DNA from: a virus
Lineage: Duplodnaviria > Caudoviricetes
IMG/VR virus record: IMGVR_UViG_3300033076_001378
Coordinates: 1-41,769 of that record
DNA length: 41,769 bases
Direction: 5' to 3' (one strand)
The notes under the pieces are model-generated. The model saw only the letters and a list, made by a program, of their open reading frames with translations. It was not told the origin of the DNA and ran no database searches. This document shows, piece by piece, positions 27,314 through 36,045 of the stretch. The first letter of the stretch is position 1. The number at the start of each line of letters is the position of its first letter. Made by a program: the position numbers and the translations under genes.

Positions 27314-28198
27314 ATGGCAATTGAAACTCCAAGAATGACAGCACTCAAGAAGTTATCCGCTCAGATACCTGTAGCCAATTCTCGTATTGCTCAGCAACAA
27401 CAAGCTAGTAGAGATATACAATTACAGCAGGCCGTGAAGGCGGCACCTGCTAGTATGGGAGTACCTCAAGCGCAACAGCTAGCTCAGACTCAGGCAACTA
27501 ATGCAGGTCAGCAAGCACTACAAACTCAGAAGCAAGGAATGCAAACTCAGGCTCAGGTTGCTGATCTAGCTGCTCAAGAACAGAAACAAGCTACACAGAG
27601 TAGACAGTTCGGATTAGAACAGGGAGTTGAGCAGCAGAGATTATCCAATGTTGAGAAACTAGCTAGTCTCTCCGAGAAGGCTAAGCAGGAGATGTTTGAC
27701 TCCAGATTACAGTTCCAAAAGGATGAGATGGGTAGAACATTCCTCAATGAACGTCAGCTAGCTGACTACGCTAAGCTAACTGCTAAGAATGATGCAGAAT
27801 ACAAGGCCTATGCTCAACAGGCTGAACAACAACAGAGACTGAAGATACAAACTCTAGAAACAATTAATCGTAGATTAGAAAATGCTATGAAGAATCAGTT
27901 TGCTAAAGAACAAGAAGGGCTCAGTCGTATGAATGAGCAAGATATACAGAAAATGAAACAAGATGTAGAAAATAGACTAGCTAAAGCTAAGGCTGATGCA
28001 GCTAATACCACAGCTAAGTGGGGTGCTGCAGGTACTATAGTAGGAGCAGTAGTAGGTTACCGATTTGGTGGAGCTAGCGGGGCAACTGCTGGAGGTAGCT
28101 TAGGAGGAGCTGCTGGAGGAGCTGCTGGAGGAACAAGTGCATCTAGGCAACAAGAAGAGGGCTATGCTGAGGCTACCCAGACAGCTGGTGGAGGATAA
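27314..28198 (+). CDS. putative DNA-ejection protein with C-terminal glycine zipper
   Basis: Q-rich coil, then WGAAGTIVGAVVG...GGSLGGAAGGAAGG. Confidence 0.7.
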   Translation: MAIETPRMTALKKLSAQIPVANSRIAQQQQASRDIQLQQAVKAAPASMGVPQAQQLAQTQATNAGQQALQTQKQGMQTQAQVADLAAQEQKQATQSRQFGLEQGVEQQRLSNVEKLASLSEKAKQEMFDSRLQFQKDEMGRTFLNERQLADYAKLTAKNDAEYKAYAQQAEQQQRLKIQTLETINRRLENAMKNQFAKEQEGLSRMNEQDIQKMKQDVENRLAKAKADAANTTAKWGAAGTIVGAVVGYRFGGASGATAGGSLGGAAGGAAGGTSASRQQEEGYAEATQTAGGG

Positions 28199-28200
28199 TT

Positions 28201-29277
28201 ATGGCAGATCTACAAAATAAAATTAAACAGAATACATCTACTAAGAAGGAAGATAATCGGCCTGTTAGTCAGAGTGAAGCTAATCAGTATTTACAGGAAT
28301 TAGATGAACTATCTAAGGATCCTGCATACAGTCGACCAGATTCCCCCTCTAGAGATGCACTAGCTCAGGCTATGGAGAAGGCTCGTGAGTTGCATGAGAA
28401 ACAATCTACCCGTAATGAATGGGGCCAATTAGCTGAGAAGGTGGGACAAGCAATAATTCAATACAGCGCAGCTAGTGCTGGCCTCAGAAGTGGAGCAGCT
28501 CGTGGTCAGGATATGAGTAACCTGAATTTCGGACCTGGAGTAGATTGGGAATCCCGCCAGAATAGGGCTCTCAAGCAGTATCAGATAGATCTCGATAGAG
28601 CTAATGAGGACTACAACAGGCAACGTCAGGAAGCTGGGGATGAATTCTCAGGTAGACGTGAAGCATATGGCAGACGTGAGGGCTACCTACAGACTGCCCT
28701 CAGAGAAGCTAGAGAACGAGACAGGCTTGCAGCTCAACAGGCAGAGGAAGCAGCTAGAGAACGTAAGCTAGGTGAACGAGAGAATAAACAAGATATTCGC
28801 TTGGAATTACAAGATCTCTCCGCTCGTGAGAGGGAGTTAACTAAGCAATTACAAGCTCGTCAAACTCTAGCTAATCAACTGCAGCAGGAAGGTGATCTCT
28901 CTACTAAGTCTAGTAAGAAGTTACAAGAGAGATATGGTCAGGTAGCTGCTCAGGGTGACCTAGACCTGAATACTCTACAGCAGGAACTATCGGCTACAGA
29001 TAAACCTGGTACCCTCTGGGGTACCAATCCAGATGAGAAGGCACGAGGTGCTGTCCTCGGAGATAAGGTAGCAGAAATACGTAACATGTTAGATGCTGTT
29101 CGAGCTAGGAAACAGGAACTACTAGGTAGACAACCTGCTCCTGCTGCTGTAGAATCAGAACAGAAGCAGGCACCGGCACGTGATCCTCAGATTGAGAAGT
29201 ATGCTGCAGATAATAAATTAGATTACGAAGCAGCTAAGAAGATTCTAGTAGGACGTGGCTACAAGCCTCAGGAGTAA
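28201..29277 (+). CDS. putative DNA-ejection protein
   Basis: Charged coiled coil; position. Confidence 0.65.
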   Translation: MADLQNKIKQNTSTKKEDNRPVSQSEANQYLQELDELSKDPAYSRPDSPSRDALAQAMEKARELHEKQSTRNEWGQLAEKVGQAIIQYSAASAGLRSGAARGQDMSNLNFGPGVDWESRQNRALKQYQIDLDRANEDYNRQRQEAGDEFSGRREAYGRREGYLQTALREARERDRLAAQQAEEAARERKLGERENKQDIRLELQDLSARERELTKQLQARQTLANQLQQEGDLSTKSSKKLQERYGQVAAQGDLDLNTLQQELSATDKPGTLWGTNPDEKARGAVLGDKVAEIRNMLDAVRARKQELLGRQPAPAAVESEQKQAPARDPQIEKYAADNKLDYEAAKKILVGRGYKPQE

Positions 29278-29286
29278 TCTGCTACC

Positions 29287-32200
29287 ATGGCAGACCGTAA
29301 TACAGATATATTTGCACCACCGAGTGACATAGAATTAGAACAGGTAGCTTCTCCTAGTAAGAAGAAGTTTGCTGGTTCTGCTGATATGTTCTCACCCCCA
29401 ACTGCGGAGGAGGTGAACAGTGCTATGTTTGCCCCTCCCAGCCAGGCGGAATTGGGTAATCGGGACAGTATTGAGCGTGAGATAGAGGATCGGTCATTCT
29501 TCAATAGACCTGCCCTAGGTGCCGAGTATACTACCCCTGCTGAGATTGCTCAGATAGCTAGTAAACACGGTGTAGACCCTAAGGAGCTGGAGTCCCTGGC
29601 TCCATACTTCGGAGCTCGTATTGAGGGGTCTGATTTCCTTGGAGCACCTGAGGTTAAGAGGGCTGCTGGTATGGGTGGATCTGTCCTCCTGAATATACCA
29701 CAGAAGTTATACAAGAAATATCGTGGCGGGGAAATGGAGAAGGCTCTAGATGAGCTACAGTCTCTAGCATCAGGCCGACAATCGTACCTGCAGCTAGGTG
29801 GCGAGATAGCAATCCCAGGTGTAGGTATAGGTAGTAGGGCCGCTACTACAGCAGGTAGAGTTGCTGGAGCTGCAGCCACAGGTGCAGTAGCCGGTGCTGC
29901 AGGAGCGCCTGCTGGTAAGGAATTGGAGGGAGCTGCCTTCGGTACTGCCGTAGGTGGAGCTGCTGGTGCTATATCTGAGAGACTAGCTGGTAGACTACGT
30001 AGATCTACTGTACCTCAAGTAGAGCGAGCAGTAGCTGAGGATGTTCTCAGTCGTCAGGCTCCAGAAATTGAAGTAAATACTGAACGCCTCCTATCTAGGA
30101 GAGCAGAATCAGAGAAGGCCATAGAGGCTGCCATACGTGGTCAAGAGCTGGATGCTGCAGCTATTCGTAAGATTACTGATGAGCAGGTTCCAGAGGAAAC
30201 TCTAGCTAAGTTTCTAGACCCCTCTACAGATGAGGGGCAGTTAATTAGAAAGAGGATTGGCTCAGATTCTGAGGAGGCCATTAGAAGTAAGCTAGCTCAG
30301 GATGTGGTAGAGCAACGTGCTGTATCTTTCGCCGAGGACCTAACTAAGGAGAGGCCAACTAACCTGGAGTCTGCTAGGAAGTCTATTTTCGAATACGCAG
30401 ACAGGCAAGGAGAGCAAGCTACTCTAGATCGCTACAAACTCTTCACTGAGGAGCAGGCAGCCCTGGACTACATTAAGGAATCTGGAGCTAGAGCCGGACG
30501 TGGAGATAACTTCCAAGATAAGACACTCAACTTCTTATCTGATGCACAGTTTGTACTACGTGATATAGATGAGCGTTTTGGTACTGGATTAGAATCAGCG
30601 CACAGAGCAATGAACCGTGCATATAATAGAATGTCCTTTGCTAGGAATGATTTCCGAGAAAATATAGCTAGAATCTATGAGGCTAGTAGAGCAATTGATA
30701 AGGAACTAGTTGAGGGTGGTAAGGTATATCAGGCCCTGGATACAGGAGACGTATCTCAACTGAATCGCCAGGAGAGAGAGGCCTACTCACAATTCAAACA
30801 ACTATTCAGTGAGGGCCTTAACTACGTTAATAAGTTAGTTAAGGAGAGGGATCCAGGAATATCTCCTCTTAATATACCTGCACGTGAAAACTACGTTCCA
30901 CATATACTACTAGCGCCGGAGGAGATTGCTAGTAAATTTGAGCAAGTAGTAGGACAGGCAAGTAAGGAAGTAGGCAGCAGTCTAGCTGACCTCAATCCTG
31001 CCGCCTTCAGGAGAGCATTAGATCAATCTCCGTCCCTGCGTGAATTGGTTAAGGGAGTTGCTGTATTTGATAATAGATCAGCTAGTACTGGTCAGGAATT
31101 ACTTAGTAGAATTAGAGATCTACTAGATTCCAGAGAAGGTAAGCTTCGTATGGAGACTGCAGCTAGGGCTGCTCTTGAACGTCAGGGTTACATACCTGAA
31201 TGGTTACGTGAGAAGAATCTCTACAGGCTAGCTGATAGATGGGCATCTAACACCCTGAAACACCTCTACTTACGCAAGCAAGTAGATACAATGAGATCCC
31301 TAGCTAGAAGAATAGAGACTGCTGGTGGAGATCTAGAAGCTGGATATGTCCAGAAATTACTGCAAGATATTGGTGGTATACGTAAGGGCACTGCTGCTGA
31401 ACTTGGTATGCAGAAGAAATTGGACTACATGAAATCTCTGGATAAATGGGCAGAGGGAAGGGGAGTAACTGGTAAGGCTGTAGCTTCTATAGCTAAGGCA
31501 CTGCCGGAAGTATTCTCTGATATGAATCGCCAGATCTACCCTAACCTACTTGGATTATCTCCTAGAGCTCTACTAATGAACTCTACTCAGTTATGGACTA
31601 AGACTGCCCCAGAACTAGGTGGACCCTACGGATACCAAGCTGTAATGCGTTCTGCCTTCAATGTAGCAGCTAATCCTAGTAAGTATATTGAGAAAGTACG
31701 GGAACTAGGGCTACAACCTGCAGACTTTGTTAGGAAGTACTCTCGTCCAATGGCTGAGGGAATTAGACGGAATGCCCTATATGCCATTCCTAATGAAATG
31801 TTAAATAAGTTAGGAGATGCATCAATGTATCTCTATACTAAACTTGATACTATGAACCGAGCAATAGGCTTAGGCGTAGCCGATGTCATGGCTAACGACT
31901 TAGCCCGAGGTAGTGACGTCGCACGTAAGGCACTCCAGAAATTCCCAGCTTCCCTACGTAGAGATATAGCTAAGGCAACTAGTACTGATGAGGTGCGAGA
32001 CCTACTAGCAACCCACTTAAATGCTTCTACTCAGTATAACTACAATAGACTCTCTATGAGTGAGTTCGGTAGAACTATGGGTCCTCTCTTCTCTACATTC
32101 AGTAAGTGGCCCACAGCCACTGCGGGTGAATTAGTTCAGGAGTTCAGAAATAAGGGAGCTCTACGTGGTGGGGCTAGGAACTTAGAGAAGTTTGTTGTTC

Positions 32201-32607
32201 CTCTAGTTCTTCTACAACTAGCTGATATAGCTATGTTTGGTTATGATCCGGAGAAACCCTGGCAGGAGAATCAGGAAGAGAAGAGTGATAGGGCTAAGAA
32301 GATATTCGGAGTAGCTGGTTTATCTCAATCAGCTCCAATTGGCGCAGCTCAGGGTATCCTGAAAGGAGACTTCTTTACTCCTCCTGTAGTTGATGCGGCA
32401 ATTAAGGGTATTGTAATACCTAGTATGGAACAGGATGGAGATAAAATAATAAAGGGATTAGATACAGCTATACAGAACTTCACACCAGGATCTGTATATG
32501 TGAGGTTTCTAACAGATGATTTAGTAACTCTAATGACCGGAGAGAGGCCAGAAGGGTCTACCTTTATTGAGCGCTCAGCTGAGGGCGCACGGAGACTGGG
32601 GAAGTAG
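29287..32607 (+). CDS. large internal virion/DNA-transfer protein, 1106 aa
   Basis: Gly/Ala zipper, RENYVPH, TQYNY...LFSTFSKWP motifs of large podoviral ejection proteins; last large structural gene. Confidence 0.72.
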   Translation: MADRNTDIFAPPSDIELEQVASPSKKKFAGSADMFSPPTAEEVNSAMFAPPSQAELGNRDSIEREIEDRSFFNRPALGAEYTTPAEIAQIASKHGVDPKELESLAPYFGARIEGSDFLGAPEVKRAAGMGGSVLLNIPQKLYKKYRGGEMEKALDELQSLASGRQSYLQLGGEIAIPGVGIGSRAATTAGRVAGAAATGAVAGAAGAPAGKELEGAAFGTAVGGAAGAISERLAGRLRRSTVPQVERAVAEDVLSRQAPEIEVNTERLLSRRAESEKAIEAAIRGQELDAAAIRKITDEQVPEETLAKFLDPSTDEGQLIRKRIGSDSEEAIRSKLAQDVVEQRAVSFAEDLTKERPTNLESARKSIFEYADRQGEQATLDRYKLFTEEQAALDYIKESGARAGRGDNFQDKTLNFLSDAQFVLRDIDERFGTGLESAHRAMNRAYNRMSFARNDFRENIARIYEASRAIDKELVEGGKVYQALDTGDVSQLNRQEREAYSQFKQLFSEGLNYVNKLVKERDPGISPLNIPARENYVPHILLAPEEIASKFEQVVGQASKEVGSSLADLNPAAFRRALDQSPSLRELVKGVAVFDNRSASTGQELLSRIRDLLDSREGKLRMETAARAALERQGYIPEWLREKNLYRLADRWASNTLKHLYLRKQVDTMRSLARRIETAGGDLEAGYVQKLLQDIGGIRKGTAAELGMQKKLDYMKSLDKWAEGRGVTGKAVASIAKALPEVFSDMNRQIYPNLLGLSPRALLMNSTQLWTKTAPELGGPYGYQAVMRSAFNVAANPSKYIEKVRELGLQPADFVRKYSRPMAEGIRRNALYAIPNEMLNKLGDASMYLYTKLDTMNRAIGLGVADVMANDLARGSDVARKALQKFPASLRRDIAKATSTDEVRDLLATHLNASTQYNYNRLSMSEFGRTMGPLFSTFSKWPTATAGELVQEFRNKGALRGGARNLEKFVVPLVLLQLADIAMFGYDPEKPWQENQEEKSDRAKKIFGVAGLSQSAPIGAAQGILKGDFFTPPVVDAAIKGIVIPSMEQDGDKIIKGLDTAIQNFTPGSVYVRFLTDDLVTLMTGERPEGSTFIERSAEGARRLGK

Positions 32608-32617
32608 GAGTATTAAT

Positions 32618-32815
32618 ATGGAAACAATGTTACTTGAATGGAAAGTATTGCTGGCTACTGCCGTTGCAGGTATGGTAGCATCGTTAATAGCAGGTAAGAC
32701 TCTGAAGAGAGTGGTAGCTTGGATTATTCGTAGATTAACAGAGAAAACAGAAACTCAACTAGACGATAAACTAGTTGATTCAATTGAAGAAGATTGGAAT
32801 ATAGATAGGAAGTAA
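32618..32815 (+). CDS. small membrane protein, possible holin
   Basis: AGGAG RBS; TM helix followed by KTETQLDDKLV. Confidence 0.6.
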   Translation: METMLLEWKVLLATAVAGMVASLIAGKTLKRVVAWIIRRLTEKTETQLDDKLVDSIEEDWNIDRK

Positions 32816-32816
32816 T

Positions 32817-33035
32817 ATGGAGAACAAGAAGCCAACTAGACTTGAAATAATTAGAAAGTCCTTTGTAGATTTTGGTAAGAAGGAAGAGCCTAAGAAGAAG
32901 CCAGATAATCGCTCCTTCGAGGAGATCTATCGCCAGGAAGAAGAAGAGAAACGTAAGAAAGAAGAAGCTGGCTTGCCTCTATCTGAAAAGGTTACAAGAA
33001 GCCTACGTAGATATATGAATAGAGATGGGGAGTAA
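32817..33035 (+). CDS. charged hypothetical protein
   Basis: Packed ORF with AGGA RBS. Confidence 0.75.
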   Translation: MENKKPTRLEIIRKSFVDFGKKEEPKKKPDNRSFEEIYRQEEEEKRKKEEAGLPLSEKVTRSLRRYMNRDGE

Positions 33036-33040
33036 TACTC

Positions 33041-33256
33041 ATGTTGAACTCTAAGAGAGATAAGTTAACTGTATCTATACTTAAGAAGCTACAGTCTAGG
33101 GGCCTACCTGAGAAGGGTAACATTGGCTCTATCCCACTAGTTAGTGAGCTAGCGGGTGAGGAAGAAGTAGAAGAAGAAGATGTCCCTCTAGATTCAGAGG
33201 GCGCTGTAGTTCAGTCACGAGGTGACTTGCTGAAGAAGAAATACAAGAAGAAGTAA
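33041..33256 (+). CDS. charged hypothetical protein
   Basis: GGGGAG RBS; last + strand gene. Confidence 0.75.
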   Translation: MLNSKRDKLTVSILKKLQSRGLPEKGNIGSIPLVSELAGEEEVEEEDVPLDSEGAVVQSRGDLLKKKYKKK

Positions 33257-33490
33257 TTACTGCTTCTCTTCCTTCAGTAATCTCAGTAGTTTAAATATAG
33301 TATTATGCTGAGACTCTACCTGCTTCTGCAGGTCAATCAACATATCAATTGCCCGTAGCATATCTACTTCCAGATCGGCTACCCTACTATCTAGGGAGCT
33401 GTCTATCCGAAGCTTACGATTCTCATCTTGCTTACGCCGCTCATTCAAACTAATGATTCTAGGTTTCACTGGTTTCTTCTTCCTTGCCAT
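33257..33490 (-). CDS. coiled-coil hypothetical protein
   Basis: GAGGA RBS; basic N-terminus. Confidence 0.75.
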   Translation of the reverse strand: MARKKKPVKPRIISLNERRKQDENRKLRIDSSLDSRVADLEVDMLRAIDMLIDLQKQVESQHNTIFKLLRLLKEEKQ

Positions 33491-33626
33491 GATTCCTCAC
33501 ATCGGCTTCTGCTATAGCTTTGTATAGCATAGCTATTCCTTCAATACGTGCCTGGTTATTCTGAACTTCTTGTTCTAATCTATCAATTAACTTCTGAGCT
33601 AACTCATGTACTAGCTGGGGAGACAT
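33459..33626 (-). CDS. hypothetical protein, 55 aa (not in ORF track)
   Basis: AGGAG RBS; MSPQLVHELAQKLIDRLEQ...EEETSET*. Confidence 0.7.
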   Translation of the reverse strand: MSPQLVHELAQKLIDRLEQEVQNNQARIEGIAMLYKAIAEADVRNHGKEEETSET

Positions 33627-33634
33627 ATCTACTC

Positions 33635-34081
33635 CTATGTACGCATGTAGATTCTAATAGCATAATTCAAGTCAGACAACTCAATATCCTTACGTAGCCA
33701 CAGCCGGTAGCTCGGAATTAACTCCCCATCCTCGGGCTCTAGATAGTACATACCCTGAGCTATTCCGAAGGAGTGTACCTGAGCGCTTGGATGTACCTCG
33801 AATCTGTAATTACCTCTGACATTCACAGTACATGCTGGTACTACTTCTATGAAGGAGTTACGTGCAGCCTTATCACTGAGCTCATTCCCCTTCGGGTCAT
33901 TAGAACTACCATCCTTGGCATCAGATGTAAGTTTACGAAAGCCGAGTACAGGAATCTCGATATATGCATAGTTTCTGGAGGACTTAGTTGGTCTACTGAG
34001 AGAGTGGCCCTCAACCATCTTGAGGCCTAGGTAGTTATTCAACCTAGTCTGATCTACTAATTTGAGAAAACTAGTTTCCAC
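33635..34081 (-). CDS. hypothetical beta-rich protein, 148 aa
   Basis: GTG 34081 six bases after AAGGAG; preferred over TTG 34138. Confidence 0.7.
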   Translation of the reverse strand: METSFLKLVDQTRLNNYLGLKMVEGHSLSRPTKSSRNYAYIEIPVLGFRKLTSDAKDGSSNDPKGNELSDKAARNSFIEVVPACTVNVRGNYRFEVHPSAQVHSFGIAQGMYYLEPEDGELIPSYRLWLRKDIELSDLNYAIRIYMRT

Positions 34082-34130
34082 TATAAGCTCCTTTAGTTTT
34101 CGAACATGGAACCAGGAATGACGTTTCCAT
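34071..34130 (-). pseudogene. orphan duplicate start of the downstream gene (METSFL..., 19 aa)
   Basis: Own AAGGAG and ATG; first six codons encode the same METSFL as the gene at 34081. Confidence 0.55.
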
Positions 34131-34158
34131 TTACCCAACTCCTTGCAGCGTTAGAATG

Positions 34159-34221
34159 AGGAGCAGGCAGAATAAATAAACTGCCCACTCCCCGGGGGAC
34201 GTTAGTAGTATAGCTACTAAC
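34159..34221 (-). promoter_or_regulatory. two-hairpin 5' leader
   Basis: GTTAGTAG/CTACTAAC (34201-21) and a 12-bp stem 34159-92 with an AU-rich loop. Confidence 0.55.
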
Positions 34222-34228
34222 TTGTATA

Positions 34229-34257
34229 ATTGTACACGTAGATATTCCATATGTCTA
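34229..34257 (-). promoter_or_regulatory. sigma70-type promoter
   Basis: TAGACA-17 nt-TACAAT on the minus strand. Confidence 0.65.
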
Positions 34258-34261
34258 GTCC

Positions 34262-34867
34262 TCAGTAGTGCTCATTATATAGAAGTAGATTGCTATCTAC
34301 TGAGAAGTAGCAATTAGATCCATCAGTTGTGCGATAGCTTCCAGGTGTCAGTACACTAAATCTAGTATTGAGACCATTCTGATTATCTGAGAAACTAGCA
34401 ACTAGAAGTCCATTATGTAATCGAAAAAATACCTCATCGTAGATACCTGGCTTATCTCCGCATGGGTCAACTAGACCAACTACAGTATAGGCTGTAGGTG
34501 GGGCATCAGTTCCATCCTGCCCATTCAGAACTAGGACAGATCCTGTTGCACAAGTAATTAGTGCGCCATTGATAGCCGGAGTAACGTTACAACCTACTCC
34601 GTCCTGTCCAGCAGGCCCCTGTTCTGGATTAGAAATAAAGGATGACGTACCATCTTCACATTCAATAAGCGTACCTAGCTCTACTTCAATAACAGAACAA
34701 GAAGAACCATCAGACCCGTTTCTAACTGAGGGCGTTTCCCTATCTGTATCTTTAGAAGATTGTTTATCTACTTGCTCACATTCATTACCTTCTATGCTAC
34801 ATTTATATTCTTTATTGAATTGATTACAACTTATAAGAAGTATACTTATGAAATAGAATTTATACAT
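34262..34867 (-). CDS. Cys-rich lipoprotein with short collagen-like segments; N-terminal ~89 codons supplied by the insertion
   Basis: Lipobox LLISC (Cys14); GPAGQDG, NGQDG, DPCGD; AAGGAG RBS inside the HNH gene. Confidence 0.8.
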   Translation of the reverse strand: MYKFYFISILLISCNQFNKEYKCSIEGNECEQVDKQSSKDTDRETPSVRNGSDGSSCSVIEVELGTLIECEDGTSSFISNPEQGPAGQDGVGCNVTPAINGALITCATGSVLVLNGQDGTDAPPTAYTVVGLVDPCGDKPGIYDEVFFRLHNGLLVASFSDNQNGLNTRFSVLTPGSYRTTDGSNCYFSVDSNLLLYNEHY

Positions 34868-35296
34868 ATTTCTTCTCCTTCAGCAGATATAATTATATCT
34901 AATTTTCTACTATTTCTATTCCTTCCATTAACTTGAGGGCTTACTAATCTACAATTATTTGGAGTATAATGTCCTGATCTATCAATTCTATCCAATTGAT
35001 ACTGACTAGAATTATTAATAAATTCTTCTACATTAATTTCTAATCTATCTAATTCTAATAGTAACCATGATCTAAAATTATTTATATCTAATATCCATTC
35101 CTTAGCTACTCGAATTCCCCTAGCTCCGTAATTAGAGTAACTTGCATCCTTCTCTCTGTAGCATCTGCCCATCATCCCATCATACTTCTTTAGAGATACG
35201 TAACCAAAATGTTTTTTCTTAGGTGCAGTCATACTAGCGGATTCCTTGTATAGATATGCTATTAGTTTTGCAATAGAATCTAGAGGTTGAGAAGAC
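34601..35296 (-). mobile_element. HNH cassette carrying a replacement lipoprotein N-terminus
   Basis: AT-rich block running from just after the old GPAGRD to the new GPAGQD; removing it rejoins one reading frame. Confidence 0.75.
34846..35232 (-). CDS. HNH-family endonuclease
   Basis: MMGRCY...SYSNYGARGIRV..EW and LDRIDRSGHYTPNNCRLV...N.RN; AAGGA RBS before ATG 35232. Confidence 0.85.
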   Translation of the reverse strand: MTAPKKKHFGYVSLKKYDGMMGRCYREKDASYSNYGARGIRVAKEWILDINNFRSWLLLELDRLEINVEEFINNSSQYQLDRIDRSGHYTPNNCRLVSPQVNGRNRNSRKLDIIISAEGEEICINSIS

Positions 35297-35470
35297 ATCA
35301 CGACCCGCAGGTCCCCTAGGTCCAACTCTTTCGTTCCCATCATCTTCCCCGTCACTGGGTCCCTGCTTATCAACAGCTTCACACTCATTTCCCTCCACTG
35401 AACATTTCCATTCCTTGCTGAGTTGTCCGCAACCTACAACCAGTAGGCATATAGTTAGTACTCTAATCAT
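35234..35470 (-). pseudogene. displaced original lipoprotein N-terminus (78-aa ORF)
   Basis: Lipobox VVGC (Cys14); 17/23 identical to residues 14-36 of 34262-34867; backbone composition. Confidence 0.8.
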
Positions 35471-35471
35471 A

Positions 35472-35687
35472 CTAGAGCTCCACTCCAGTATCTGGGCGGA
35501 TCTTCTCTGCTGGAACCTGCCGATTACGTAACTCATCAATCTGGAACTGTAGAGCTTGCAGTGCCTTCGAGTTAGTATTCATAAGAAGGTTCATTGCCTT
35601 CCCCATCTCATCTAGTACTTGATTCATTTCCTGAGCAAGTACATCTACCTTCTGTTCTAGTAATTTCAATCGATCAATGTATTCCAT
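35472..35687 (-). CDS. coiled-coil hypothetical protein
   Basis: AGGAGGT RBS before ATG 35687. Confidence 0.8.
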   Translation of the reverse strand: MEYIDRLKLLEQKVDVLAQEMNQVLDEMGKAMNLLMNTNSKALQALQFQIDELRNRQVPAEKIRPDTGVEL

Positions 35688-35715
35688 GTTAGTACCTCCT
35701 ACTACTTGTTGGTTC

Positions 35716-35742
35716 GGCAGTAGCCTCAATTCGACTACTGCC
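35716..35742 (-). other. intergenic hairpin
   Basis: GGCAGTAGTC/GGCTACTGCC stem; no U tract. Confidence 0.5.
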
Positions 35743-35751
35743 ACTTACTTA

Positions 35752-36045
35752 CTACTTGTCGAACTTGTAACCCAATTTCTTTATTTCTCCCGCTATCTCC
35801 TTGCGGTTATTAGGAGAAGTCTGGGCCATTTCCCTATTCAACTTAGCCGCTTCCTTAGCATCTCGGAAACGGTTATTCCCATCTACATAGGAAGCTCTCG
35901 TATGCTTACTTACTTCGAAGTTACGAGTCACTCCAGCTGCACAGTTAGGGCAGGGATGTTCCTCATCCTTCTGGCTACGAGGAATGAGATCTTCCCAGTG
36001 ATGATTACAATTACTACATGTGAAGGATGCTGAGAAGTAACTCAT
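35752..36045 (-). CDS. FmdB-like zinc-ribbon protein
   Basis: FTCSNCNH...CPNC; ATGA-coupled start at 36045. Confidence 0.75.
   Translation of the reverse strand: MSYFSASFTCSNCNHHWEDLIPRSQKDEEHPCPNCAAGVTRNFEVSKHTRASYVDGNNRFRDAKEAAKLNREMAQTSPNNRKEIAGEIKKLGYKFDK

Noticed and set aside
33635-34081. dUTPase assignment
   Set aside because: Size and beta-richness fit, but the five dUTPase motifs are not recognisable.
34145-34250. Short minus-strand ORF beginning MEYLRVQLYKL
   Set aside because: It overlaps a good promoter and two hairpins, which explain the region better.
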